A DNA stretch of 64,000 nucleotides, taken from positions 32,765-96,764 of the forward strand of contig CAWBYX010000028.1 of assembly GCA_963793135.1 (NCBI GenBank), in the 5' to 3' direction. A program made the position numbers and the translations under genes. Shown piece after piece: positions 38,701 to 48,251 of this stretch. A model generated the notes under the pieces. It made no database searches and had not been told where the DNA came from. It saw only the letters and a list, made by a program, of their open reading frames with translations. Position 1 is the stretch's first letter. Each line of letters starts with the position of its first letter. This DNA comes from an uncultured Verrucomicrobiae bacterium (GTDB taxonomy: Bacteria > Verrucomicrobiota > Verrucomicrobiia > Chthoniobacterales > JAFAMB01).

Positions 38701-39900
38701 ATGAATTCTCCGAATCCCCTGTCGTCGGGCGAACCATCGGCGTTAGGATTTCTTCCCGAGCGGTTCGAGCCATTGCATCGGCGTATCCAGCGGTTTGTCG
38801 ATGACGGTCAGCATGCCGGAGTCAGCCTGCTCCTGGCGCGGAACGGAAAGATAGCCGACACGTTCGCGACCGGATTTCAGAATCGGGAGCTTGGCCTTCC
38901 AATGTCGCGCGACACGATTGTTCGGGTCTATTCGATGACGAAGATCGTGGTCAGCGTCGCGGCGTTAACTCTTCTCGAGGAAGGAAAGTTGGGGTTACTT
39001 GACCCGGTGACAGATTACCTCCCAGAGTTTCGCGATCTTCAAGTGTTAGTGGGCGGAACAGCAGAAAACCCAGAGTTGGTTCCTGCCGACAAACCGCTCA
39101 CGATTCAGCATCTGTTCACGCACACCTCGGGAATGATTTATGATGCTCCCGGTGAACTCATCGGTGAAATTTATCGGCCAATCACCGAAGGGCACTGGAC
39201 GTCGCTGGAAGCGTTGATCACTGATCTGGCGCGGTTACCGCTGAAGTGGCATCCTGGAACGCGCTTTGAATATGGGCTATCCACCGACGTTCTCGGTCGC
39301 GTGATCGAAGTGGTGAGCGGTCTGCGGCTCGACGCGTATTTGCGGGCGCGCATTTTGGAACCGTTGGGAATGTTCGATACCAGCTACGCAGTCTCTGACT
39401 CCCAAAGGGCACGGCTGGCGAAAGTCTACGAGCATGACACTGACGGCTCATTGCGCCCGGTGACTTCTCTACAGGGAGAAACTGTCGAGGGACGAAGGGA
39501 TTATCCAGGAGGCGGTTCGTGTTTGTTTTCCACCCTCGATGACTTTGCCCGTTTTGGTCAGATGCTTTGCAACGGAGGCGAGTTGTTCGGCGAGCGAATC
39601 ATTGGGCGCAAATCCTGGGAATTGATGATCGCCAACCATCTGACCGGCTTGGCTGTTCCTTTCATTAATCTGGGTGTTGGGCACGGTTTTGGTCTCGGAG
39701 TCGCTGTGCGGATTGACGACGGATTATCAGGAACGCTTGGCACGCTGGGCGCATTTGGTTGGAGTGGCATGGCCACAACCTATTGCCGGATCGATCCCGC
39801 GGAGAAGTTGGTGGCACTCTGTTTTGCCCAGCATCTACCCTTTGATGAGCACGGTTTATTTCAACGTTTTGCAAACCTTTCCTACCAAGCGTTGGCGTGA
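38701..39900 (+). CDS. serine hydrolase (class C beta-lactamase / esterase family)
   Basis: S-x-x-K motif YSMTKIV. Length and layout fit the beta-lactamase-related esterases. Confidence 0.8.
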   Translation: MNSPNPLSSGEPSALGFLPERFEPLHRRIQRFVDDGQHAGVSLLLARNGKIADTFATGFQNRELGLPMSRDTIVRVYSMTKIVVSVAALTLLEEGKLGLLDPVTDYLPEFRDLQVLVGGTAENPELVPADKPLTIQHLFTHTSGMIYDAPGELIGEIYRPITEGHWTSLEALITDLARLPLKWHPGTRFEYGLSTDVLGRVIEVVSGLRLDAYLRARILEPLGMFDTSYAVSDSQRARLAKVYEHDTDGSLRPVTSLQGETVEGRRDYPGGGSCLFSTLDDFARFGQMLCNGGELFGERIIGRKSWELMIANHLTGLAVPFINLGVGHGFGLGVAVRIDDGLSGTLGTLGAFGWSGMATTYCRIDPAEKLVALCFAQHLPFDEHGLFQRFANLSYQALA

Positions 39901-40311
39901 TGGGGTGGCGGTAGCGCGAAAGTCCGGCTGCGGACCGGTCGTACCGAGCCGGATTAAAGATCGAGGACGAGCACGAGCACGAGCACGATTGGTTGGTAGG
40001 GCGAAGCTCCGTCTGAGCCGGGGCTTACCGGGTGGCCTTGCCCCGTGACTTCAACCCCTGTGCATTGGGCGGTGGCGGATCGGTCATACCGCGCCGGATT
40101 GAAGATCGAGGACGAGGCGAACGATAACGATAACGAGCACGAGGACGATTGGTCGGTGGGGCGAAGCTCCGTCTGAGCCGGGGCTTACCGGGTGGCCTTG
40201 CCTCATGACTTCAACCCTCATGTGTTGGGCGGTGGCGGATCGGTCATACCGAGCCGGATTGAAGATCGAGGACGAGAACGAGACGAGGACGAGGACGAGG
40301 ACGATTGGGTT
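39901..40311 (+). repeat. about 160-bp tandem repeat, 2.5 copies
   Basis: Units at 39901-40066, 40067-40226 and 40227-40311. Each unit is GGCGGTGGCGGATCGGTCATACCGNGCCGGATTGAAGATCGAGGACGA, then (GAGSAC/GATAAC)n, then a REP unit (GGGCGAAGCTCCGTCTGAGCCGGGGCTT). Confidence 0.85.
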
Positions 40312-41710
40312 AGTACTTTCTACGGGCCTGAGGAGGAGGAGCCTCGATATTCTGGAGGTCGATACCGCACTCTTGTAAGGTTCGCAGGATGTTATCCAGC
40401 AGCAGAGGGAGGCCATCGACATTGTTCTCGGGATTTAACGTGTGAAAGTTCACTATCTGTTCGCGAACCTTGAGCGTGAGAAAGGATTTGTATTGTTCGA
40501 CAGGATCCGTCACCGGTTCGCCGCTATCGGCTCTCCGACTAACGGCTTGATCGAAATTCTCACTGGCAAGGTCGCTCAAGGCTTCGCGCAACGAGCTCAC
40601 AGTTTCCGTTAAGCGCGCGTTTTCTTCCCGCAACGCTCCAATTCCTTGACTCGCATCGATCGTATGGACGTCTACCTGCCTCGATGATTGATTCGATTGG
40701 CGAAGGTGACTTCGGGCGATGTCCAACTCTTCTCGAAGATCGTTGAATTGCGACTGGACCTGCTTCAGAAGTTCCGAGAGATCAAAGTTCGTTTTCTGAG
40801 GCTTTTGGTGCTGTATTGGCGGCTTCTCCAACCTCTGCCGATGCGATCTTTCGGGCCGATTGTCACCATGACCAGCGGGCTGCGATCTGCCTTGTGGACG
40901 TTGCTGGGAACGTCGATTTTGTTGATGCGAAGGTTGAACGGGTTCTTGCCTGGCCGGTTGAATCGCCGGCGACTGCGGGAGTTCGTCGACGGGATTAGCG
41001 AATTTCGCCTGCAGGGTCTCTTTCAGGATGGGAGGCAAATCCTCCTCAGGGAGTTGTTTCTGCCAGCGCGAACTCCATTTTCTGAAAATTTTGGCCAGCT
41101 CCTGTTGGAGCGATTCCGGGATGGTGTTAAGTGGTTGATAGGGCTTGGCCCATTGAATCACGGCGACAGCCGCCGGAGGGTTGGCTCCGGCCGCACACTC
41201 AATCGCAGTGAGCGCCACGAGCTCTGCTTCGGCCGGCTTCAGGGTTTTCAGATCGAGTTGCAACAGCCACGGTTTGTTTTTCCCAATCAAAACACTGTAA
41301 AAGATTTGGCGGTCCTTAGGTTCCAGGCCGTTCTCTTTCCGCAAGCTTTGGAGGGTGGTCACGATAAGCTTAAGCGCCGAAGTGGCATCCAGCTTGTGCA
41401 GACCGCGTGCAATGCTGAGACGCATTCGTCTCGAGGCTTCCGATTCCAACGGTTTCAGGGCGGAGAGGAAGCTTCGTTGTTTGGCGGGAGTCATTTGAGG
41501 CCAAGCTTCCAGGGCGCCGTTTACCGGAACAAACCATGGTAGATCCCCGAGGAGTTCCAGCGCGCTAGACAGCGGTTTTCCTCCTGACGTGACCAATTCT
41601 TTGAATAGCGCAGCGCCCTTTTGTTCGTCGGCAGGGGAGAGCCGTCCGTTTCGAGAATTCTCAATGATGACCCGCAGTTCATCGATGAGAGGTTGGAAAT
41701 TTTTCACCAT
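40310..41710 (-). CDS. hypothetical protein (helical N-domain, Q/R/P-rich linker, coiled-coil C-domain)
   Basis: 466-aa ORF with an ATG start, 29 nt downstream of the NDT-like gene. No recognisable family. Confidence 0.6.
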   Translation of the reverse strand: MVKNFQPLIDELRVIIENSRNGRLSPADEQKGAALFKELVTSGGKPLSSALELLGDLPWFVPVNGALEAWPQMTPAKQRSFLSALKPLESEASRRMRLSIARGLHKLDATSALKLIVTTLQSLRKENGLEPKDRQIFYSVLIGKNKPWLLQLDLKTLKPAEAELVALTAIECAAGANPPAAVAVIQWAKPYQPLNTIPESLQQELAKIFRKWSSRWQKQLPEEDLPPILKETLQAKFANPVDELPQSPAIQPARQEPVQPSHQQNRRSQQRPQGRSQPAGHGDNRPERSHRQRLEKPPIQHQKPQKTNFDLSELLKQVQSQFNDLREELDIARSHLRQSNQSSRQVDVHTIDASQGIGALREENARLTETVSSLREALSDLASENFDQAVSRRADSGEPVTDPVEQYKSFLTLKVREQIVNFHTLNPENNVDGLPLLLDNILRTLQECGIDLQNIEAPPPQARRKY

Positions 41711-41738
41711 AGAGATCCAAGTCTGAGTGCGCCGCCTG

Positions 41739-42377
41739 CTAAGGCAGGAGTCGGTTCGCTTTCTTCTGTGCTAGTGCAGCCATCACCTTCCCACCACTCG
41801 CGGAGGAGTGAAATCCCGGCATTTGACTGAGCCATCGATAAACTGGCTCGGTTAAATCCTGAGGAATCGCGGGGGGCAGTTGGCTTAACAGTTCCAATTC
41901 TTTGACGACCGCTTCGGCGACCTTTTCGACCAGGTTTTGACCAGCGCCCATCGGAGTCAAACCCATGCTCGTCGCCTTTTTGTAGATCTCGATGCTGTTC
42001 AAACAAAGCGTTCGGGTACGCGGGTAGAAGCTCATCATGAGATTCCAAGGGTCCACCCCTTGGTCTCCACCGCGCCGGAAATCGGTTCGTAGCAGGAGCG
42101 ACGGGATATCGGCGAATTTCGCAAACATGAATTCAACTACCGTTCCTGAATCCAGTTCGGGACCGTCAAAGTTGAAAAGAGCCAAATCACAGCCGATCAA
42201 GGTCACAATATCTTTGTCGCGGATATCCTGAGCGCTCATTTCACGCTCCTCCAGCGTTTGCGGAAGGACACAAGTGAAATTCAAGTTTGAGACATTCGCG
42301 ATCGCATCCGCCAAGGCTGCGTTGCCTACCAGGTGTTTCGTAGAAAAAAGTTCGCCCGCAAAATAAACCGAAGACAT
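41739..42377 (-). CDS. nucleoside 2-deoxyribosyltransferase-like protein
   Basis: N-terminus MSSVYFAGELFSTKHLVGN and ...LDSGTVVEFMFA resemble the NDT (PF05014-type) fold. Confidence 0.65.
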   Translation of the reverse strand: MSSVYFAGELFSTKHLVGNAALADAIANVSNLNFTCVLPQTLEEREMSAQDIRDKDIVTLIGCDLALFNFDGPELDSGTVVEFMFAKFADIPSLLLRTDFRRGGDQGVDPWNLMMSFYPRTRTLCLNSIEIYKKATSMGLTPMGAGQNLVEKVAEAVVKELELLSQLPPAIPQDLTEPVYRWLSQMPGFHSSASGGKVMAALAQKKANRLLP

Positions 42378-42445
42378 TCAACATTCAGATCGCGCAAGAC
42401 CATTCACCTCGCGGAGAATTAATCAAGCGGATTCCTCGAGGGGCA

Positions 42446-42533
42446 CTCAGTGTCAGTGCCAGTGTCAGTGCACTCCGTGCCTCCTGGAACTCCTGGCTTC
42501 TGGATCCTGAATCCTGAATCCAGAATCCTGAAC
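42446..42533. repeat. hexamer (CAGTGY)n plus heptamer (AMTCCTG)n arrays
   Basis: ACTCAGTGTCAGTGCCAGTGTCAGTGCAC, then CCTCCTGGAACTCCTGGCTTCTGGATCCTGAATCCTGAATCCAGAATCCTGAAC. Confidence 0.8.
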
Positions 42534-42534
42534 G

Positions 42535-43593
42535 TCACCCAACCACTTTACTGGTCAAATACTTCAGGGGCGCTGGATTGAGTCTGAGAAGCCCGAAGAA
42601 CCGGTTCGAAACTCTCGGATGGAGAACTGCGAGTCTAGCCAGTTTATTGACCCAGAGCCGATGATGATACACTTTCTGATGCTGCCGCGTGTAAATGAGA
42701 GCAGGGTCCGAAGAATCGCGGATTGCGGCGGAAATGGCGTCGGCGGCGAGCATGCCGCTTTGCAGTGCATAAAGAATGCCCTCTCCAGTCAAGGGTTCGA
42801 CTACGCGAGCGGCGTCGCCGATGTACAACAGGTTGAGGTGTTGCGTTTGAATGGTGCGTCTGGTCAGCGGGGTGATCGACTGCCAACGATGGTCGGGCGT
42901 CAGTCCGAATTTCCTGGTTGCTTCCTGGCGAAACTGATCGGCATGTTCCGGCCGGCAAACCAAACAGAGGTTGGTCAGGCCTTCGCCGATGGTGGCTAAT
43001 CCGAGATAGCCGTACTGGCACAATTGCAGCGCCACATGGGGTTCAGCATCGGCCCAAAAATGAGTCTGAAAAGCTACCCTGTCCGTGCGTGTTTTGGGGT
43101 ATTCTGCGAGCAATCGGGCCACAGACGAATTGCGTCCGTCGGCCGCGACAAGGAACCTGGATTGGATCACTTCGTTATTAGTGGTGACTTTCCAATTGGA
43201 ACCGTTCTGAACCTTGAGCACAGGGTTCCCGAAGCTCACCTGGGCTCCCGCCGAGATGGCGTGGGTAATCAAAGCGTCATCGAAAAGTTTTCGACGGATC
43301 CCTCGCTCTCCCCTGTTTTCATTAGGAAGCTCAAATCGGATAGGGCGTCCTGTCAGATCAAGGAACTCGACCCAGCGCAATTTGGCAGAGGGGATTTGAT
43401 CAATGATTTCGCTGACACCCAGACGATCCAGGATTTTCCAGGCACCAGGGTTCAGGCAATCGCCACAGACTTTCTCTCTGGGAAACTGAGTCCGTTCGAG
43501 GACCAAGGTCGATAGGCCTGCACGCGCCGTCATGGCCGCCACGGTGGCTCCGGCAGGACCAGCTCCGACCACCAGGACGTCGTACCCGTTCAT
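42535..43593 (-). CDS. geranylgeranyl reductase family FAD-dependent oxidoreductase
   Basis: YDVLVVGAGPAGATVA...REKVCGDCLNP. The start overlaps the hemW stop (ATGA). Confidence 0.8.
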   Translation of the reverse strand: MNGYDVLVVGAGPAGATVAAMTARAGLSTLVLERTQFPREKVCGDCLNPGAWKILDRLGVSEIIDQIPSAKLRWVEFLDLTGRPIRFELPNENRGERGIRRKLFDDALITHAISAGAQVSFGNPVLKVQNGSNWKVTTNNEVIQSRFLVAADGRNSSVARLLAEYPKTRTDRVAFQTHFWADAEPHVALQLCQYGYLGLATIGEGLTNLCLVCRPEHADQFRQEATRKFGLTPDHRWQSITPLTRRTIQTQHLNLLYIGDAARVVEPLTGEGILYALQSGMLAADAISAAIRDSSDPALIYTRQHQKVYHHRLWVNKLARLAVLHPRVSNRFFGLLRLNPAPLKYLTSKVVG

Positions 43594-44723
43594 ACGAAGA
43601 GCTCGGCGATGGAGTCAGCAACCATCCGGCCTTTCGCGGTCAAACGAACATGGGCATTTGTTTTTTCGAGGTAACCTGCGGCCCGAAGTGCGGTCAATTC
43701 ACCGCTCCATCCTGCCACTGAGGATTCAAGCACGCCGACTGAGGTACGCAAACCAAAGGCGATTGTTTCCGCTGTCCGGATCTGCCTGGTGATGATTTCC
43801 TTAAAATGGATTGGTTCGATGCCGGCCCGAAGCTGTTCGATATACCGGGTGGTATCGGGTGTATTCTGCCAACGCCTTTCACCGATCGTTGAAAAGGCGC
43901 TCGGACCCAAACCGAGGTAGTCCCGCCCGAGCCAGTAGGCAAGGTTATGCCGGCATTCGAACCCTGGAGTCGCGTAATTGGAAATTTCGTACTGCTGGTA
44001 GCCGCCGGTTTCGAGAATTTCCATTGTCCGTTCGAAGATCCGGGCTTCCTGTTCGGCGTCTTGAGGAAGTTCGCCTCGTTGATGCCGCCGGAAAAACTCA
44101 GTGTCTTCCTCGAATGTCAGGCAATAAGCCGAAATATGCTCGGGCGCCAGGTGGATGGTCTTGCGCAAACTCTGCTCCCAGGTTTCGATGGATTGGCCTG
44201 GAATCCCGAACATCAGGTCGAGATTTAGATTGGTGAATCCGGCCTCCCGCAGAATATCGAAGGAACGCTCGGCCTGCTGTGCCGAGTGAACACGGCCAAG
44301 CCGATCCAGCATTTCGGGATCCCAGGATTGCACTCCCATGCTGATGCGATTCACTCCAAAATCGTGCAGCATTTGGGCCTTTTCCAGGGAGACGGTGGCG
44401 GGATTCATCTCCAGAGTCCACTCGCGTAACCCGGTCAAATCGAGGCGGTGATGCAGGCCGGTGAGAAGAAACTCCAGCTGCTTGACTGAAAGGGCGGAAG
44501 GGGTGCCGCCCCCAAAAAAGATCGTTTCAAGCCGGCAGGTCGCCACTTCCCGGAGCCGACGATCGAGATCCAAGAGGACCGAATCGAGGAAGGCCTGGGT
44601 CTTGTTGCGGTCCGACGCCTCTTTATAAAAGCTGCAATACGGACAGACCTTCGGACAAAACGGGATATGGACATAAAGATGATGCAATTCCGTGGTCTCC
44701 TCAATTCCGTTTTGGATTTGCAT
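43590..44723 (-). CDS. hemW: radical SAM haem chaperone HemW (HemN-like)
   Basis: LYVHIPFCPKVCPYCSFY (CxxxCxxC). The start is taken at the ATG at 44723 (or 44729). The longer ORF to 45032 has an implausible N-terminal extension. Confidence 0.85.
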   Translation of the reverse strand: MQIQNGIEETTELHHLYVHIPFCPKVCPYCSFYKEASDRNKTQAFLDSVLLDLDRRLREVATCRLETIFFGGGTPSALSVKQLEFLLTGLHHRLDLTGLREWTLEMNPATVSLEKAQMLHDFGVNRISMGVQSWDPEMLDRLGRVHSAQQAERSFDILREAGFTNLNLDLMFGIPGQSIETWEQSLRKTIHLAPEHISAYCLTFEEDTEFFRRHQRGELPQDAEQEARIFERTMEILETGGYQQYEISNYATPGFECRHNLAYWLGRDYLGLGPSAFSTIGERRWQNTPDTTRYIEQLRAGIEPIHFKEIITRQIRTAETIAFGLRTSVGVLESSVAGWSGELTALRAAGYLEKTNAHVRLTAKGRMVADSIAELFV

Positions 44724-44746
44724 AAACATGACTATAATCCAGCCTC

Positions 44747-45916
44747 GTGTTCCGAGCTGTCGTGACGTTATTGATTTGTGGCTTTGTTTCCAGTCCGATC
44801 TGGTGTCCGGGTCAAGTGCCACAGCCAACACAGGATTCGACTGCACCGGCGGCAGCGTCACCGTCCGACGCAGCGTCACAGGCCCCGGTCGACGTGGAGC
44901 CGACGCCGATTCCGGCTCGATCGTACGTCTATCGCACCCAGAATTCCGAAGCGATTGCGGACTATGAAGCGGACTCTGCGGTCGTTCGCCGGATGGTGGA
45001 TGATCTGGTGATGGCTGCGACAGGTCAGCCAACGGTCTCTTCCGCGTGGGGATCCCTGGTCAAGCCGTCCGATGTCGTTGGTATCAAGGTCTGTGGGAAC
45101 GGGGCACCTCTTTTCAGCTCTCATCCCGCAGTGGTGAACGCCATTGCCAGCGGATTGGCGACTGCGGGCGTCCCGGCTCAGAACATTGTGGTCTGGGATC
45201 GGGAAGAACGCCTGCTCAAAGCGGCAGGGTTTCGCTCCAAGAATGCCGGATACCGCCTGATGTGGAGCGAAGGCAACTATGATCCCAAGGCTGTCATCAC
45301 ATCGGCAGTCCTGGGAAAACTGATCTACGGTGATCTCCTTTTCACGGCCAAAGCTCCGGATACTTTGCGGGGCGAGTTCAGGGCAGAACCGGTGGAGCCA
45401 GACAAGAAGAGGCCGCGCAGCATCGACAATCTCAGCGATGAAAGCCACTTGAGCAGCGTCTTGACCCGGGTGGTGACCAAGGTGATCAACGTGCCGGTTT
45501 TGTCCGACAACGCTTACTGCGGCCTTTCCGGAGCCTTGTTCAACATGACGATCCAGAACCTCGACAACTGGCGAAGACTGGTCCAGGCTCCGATCAACGG
45601 CGATCCCTCGATCCCTGAGGCGTATGCGGATCCGCGCATCGGCGATAAAGTGGTTTTTCAAGTCATGGACGGTTTAATCGCGCTCTACGCCGGCGCGCCT
45701 CTCGGAGATGCGAATTATGCCGTCCATTTTGGAACGTTGTATGCAAGCAAGGATCCGGTGGCCATGGACGCGGTGGCGCTGAGAAGAATCGATGAATGGC
45801 GTCTGGGGGCCCAAATGGAGCCTGCTTCAAAAACGGCCAGATATCTCCAAACCGCGTTCAGCTATGGCTTAGGGAATGCCGATCTTAGTAAGATCGAGGT
45901 GGTCGATGTCCGGTGA
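44747..45916 (+). CDS. secreted DUF362-like protein
   Basis: 389-aa ORF with a GTG start and signal-like N-terminus. VGIKV..NG..., VINVPVLSDN... and DPVAMDAVAL resemble DUF362. The family call is from memory. Confidence 0.5.
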   Translation: MFRAVVTLLICGFVSSPIWCPGQVPQPTQDSTAPAAASPSDAASQAPVDVEPTPIPARSYVYRTQNSEAIADYEADSAVVRRMVDDLVMAATGQPTVSSAWGSLVKPSDVVGIKVCGNGAPLFSSHPAVVNAIASGLATAGVPAQNIVVWDREERLLKAAGFRSKNAGYRLMWSEGNYDPKAVITSAVLGKLIYGDLLFTAKAPDTLRGEFRAEPVEPDKKRPRSIDNLSDESHLSSVLTRVVTKVINVPVLSDNAYCGLSGALFNMTIQNLDNWRRLVQAPINGDPSIPEAYADPRIGDKVVFQVMDGLIALYAGAPLGDANYAVHFGTLYASKDPVAMDAVALRRIDEWRLGAQMEPASKTARYLQTAFSYGLGNADLSKIEVVDVR

Positions 45917-46868
45917 GGCCGAGCTGTGGACTCTTCTCAAAGGAGTTTCTCGTTCATTCTATCTCAGCGTCCGATTTCTTCCGAGGCGGATTCGAATGGC
46001 GATTGCGCTGGGCTATCTGTTGGCCCGGGCGTCGGACACCATCGCCGACACCAATCAGCTGCCGCCGGCAGAAAGAATCGAGTTCTTGGATCGGTTTCTA
46101 AGAGCCATTGTCAACCGGCACCCGGGAGATCCGTTGGATCTGGCAGCCTGTTTGACGGCGCAGGCGGATGGACCTGAGAAAGTGTTGGTGGCCAACATCG
46201 ACGGGGTGATGGCTTGCCTGGTAAAAATTCCGCCGGCTCACCAGGCGCTCGTCCACGAAGTGCTAACCAAAATCATTCATGGGCAGACTCTCGACATCGA
46301 GAGATTTGAGTCCAAGCCGGGTATCCATGGATTGGCGGATGATTCGGAGCTCGAAGAATATACATATCTGGTGGCAGGTTCTGTTGGGGAGTTCTGGACA
46401 AAGATTTGCCTGCTGGAGTGGTCGAATTATGCCCGGTTGAGGGCGGAGGAAATGCTGGTCTTAGGAAGGGATTTTGGGAAGGGTCTGCAACTGGTCAACA
46501 TTCTGCGGGACTATCCTCTCGATCTGCAGAGCGGGAGATCCTATCTTCCGGTCTCCAATTTGCACGAGATCGCCTTGGACCCTGCTCTGGCTGGCCCGGA
46601 GCGGGCACGATGGCGTCAACGGGCTTCCGGATACCTGGAAGAAGCTTGGAGATACGTCATAAGTGTCCGGCCTTGGCGCGTTCGGTTTGCCTGTGCGCTG
46701 CCTGTCTTCATCGGGGTGCGTACCCTTGGCCTGTTGGGCGACGCGCCCGGAAATCGGACCGGCCTCAAGGTGTCCCGGAGCGAAGTCCGGCGCCTGATGG
46801 TCTGGGCAGCAGGGGTGGCGATCTTTCGATTTCTGGAACCGGTCGCGTACCGGACGATTTTCCGATAG
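45906..46868 (+). CDS. squalene/phytoene synthase family protein
   Basis: VSRSFYLSVRFLP...LARASDTIADT (Asp-rich motif) and ...NILRDYPLDLQSGRSYLP. Confidence 0.8.
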   Translation: MSGEAELWTLLKGVSRSFYLSVRFLPRRIRMAIALGYLLARASDTIADTNQLPPAERIEFLDRFLRAIVNRHPGDPLDLAACLTAQADGPEKVLVANIDGVMACLVKIPPAHQALVHEVLTKIIHGQTLDIERFESKPGIHGLADDSELEEYTYLVAGSVGEFWTKICLLEWSNYARLRAEEMLVLGRDFGKGLQLVNILRDYPLDLQSGRSYLPVSNLHEIALDPALAGPERARWRQRASGYLEEAWRYVISVRPWRVRFACALPVFIGVRTLGLLGDAPGNRTGLKVSRSEVRRLMVWAAGVAIFRFLEPVAYRTIFR

Positions 46869-46903
46869 CGGGGCTGGGTGGTGGACACCGGGGCTCGGAA
46901 GAA

Positions 46904-47103
46904 CGTATCGGCGTATCGGCGTATGGGTCATGCATCAGCGTTCAATGGTTAGGCTGCTGGCGAATAAGATCGTCTTTTGGCTGGCCGACGTCAGCGAGGT
47001 CGAGCACACGCAGAACGAGCACGCATCGCCACGAGAACGCCCACAAGCAGAGGGGAAAGTTTGACGCTACACGCCGACACGCCGATCACGCCGACACGCC
47101 GAC
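46904..47103. repeat. octamer-armed inverted repeat between convergent genes
   Basis: Left arm CGTATCGGCGTATCGGCGTATGGG. Right arm GCTACACGCCGACACGCCGATCACGCCGACACGCCGAC, the inverse complement of a (GTRTCGGC)n array. The loop contains (GAGCAC)-type repeats. Confidence 0.75.
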
Positions 47104-47135
47104 CCGTTCTTCATCCCCCCCGCCGGCGATACGTT

Positions 47136-48233
47136 TCATTTCAGCCGGAAAACGCTGATGGCCGTCAAAAAATCGATCGCCCGCTGGAGAATCACGTCTT
47201 TGACATGTTGTCGCTTGGATCTTCCGCTGGCATGATCCGCTTCGTACGCATCGAGATCGGGGTTTTTGCCGGCAACCAAGGCGGCTTCGTTGGTATGGGG
47301 GCGTTCTTCGTCAAAAATGTAATCTGTTACGCCATTCTGATCTGCGAGCGCAAGGACCGCGTCTTGTTGCGGCTTTGGAAATGAGACTGCTATGTCGGGC
47401 GTAAGACCGTTTGGGAAAATTGGGGGCGCATCGGGAATGACGATTTCTTTGATCGCGACCGTCAAAATGAGGTTATCGCCGATGGGGTAATGCGCGTACT
47501 CGACGGCACGCCCGGAGGTTTTCTGACCGATGACCAGCGCGTGTAACTGGGCGTGCAGGGTGCCGGCAATCGCTTCCGACGTACCCGCGTTGTCCGGACT
47601 AACCAAGACTGCCAACGGCCCTGTGAAGATCGGCTCTGCGGACGAAGCGTAAGATTGCTCCGCTCCTCCTTTAGGCTCCACCAGGTTGAACAAGATTTTA
47701 CCCTTAGGCACGAACCGACTCAGGATATCCGCGGCGAGTTGAAAATTGCTCTCGGGCTGCATGGTTCGCAGGTCCAGGATTAACCCGGTTACGCTACGAC
47801 TCCGGAAATTATTGAGAGCCGCGTCGAGTTGCGGCAGATCGTTCTCGGTGAAAGTGCCAAGCCGCAGGTAGCCAAACTGCGTTTCGATAATGTCGGACTT
47901 AAAGGGACGGTTCGGGGCTGGCTGTTTGGTTTGAGGTTTTGTTTCGAGGCCAGCGCCCGGACCAAGCCGGGAGAGAAGGCCCTCGACGGCAGCCTGGTTG
48001 ATTTCCTGATTGGTCAGCGCGCTCGAATCGACGTAGCTGGACCGCAACTGCTCAATCACTCGTTGAAGGCCGGCCTGGTCCAATTGATCAACCAGATCCC
48101 GAAGGGGGGTTGCCGGTGCTGGAGCCGCGGTAGCGGTCGGGATGGGCTTCGGAGAAGCCACGGGCGTTTGTTGGGCGAAGACGATCCGGGCGGAGCAGAG
48201 GAGCAGAAAACAGAAGATGGTGCGCTTGGACAT
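47136..48233 (-). CDS. S41-family (C-terminal processing) peptidase
   Basis: Signal peptide. ...LILDLR... and ...LAVLVSPDNAGTSEAIAGTL...VIGQKTSGRA resemble the S41 catalytic region. Confidence 0.75.
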   Translation of the reverse strand: MSKRTIFCFLLLCSARIVFAQQTPVASPKPIPTATAAPAPATPLRDLVDQLDQAGLQRVIEQLRSSYVDSSALTNQEINQAAVEGLLSRLGPGAGLETKPQTKQPAPNRPFKSDIIETQFGYLRLGTFTENDLPQLDAALNNFRSRSVTGLILDLRTMQPESNFQLAADILSRFVPKGKILFNLVEPKGGAEQSYASSAEPIFTGPLAVLVSPDNAGTSEAIAGTLHAQLHALVIGQKTSGRAVEYAHYPIGDNLILTVAIKEIVIPDAPPIFPNGLTPDIAVSFPKPQQDAVLALADQNGVTDYIFDEERPHTNEAALVAGKNPDLDAYEADHASGRSKRQHVKDVILQRAIDFLTAISVFRLK

Positions 48234-48251
48234 CCAGAGAATCGTTTGAGG

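Noticed and set aside
40688-41542. A 284-aa + strand ORF.
   Set aside because: It is antisense to the 466-aa ORF and has Arg/Leu-rich shadow composition.
44876-45661. A 261-aa minus-strand ORF.
   Set aside because: It is antisense to the DUF362-like gene and has shadow-frame composition.
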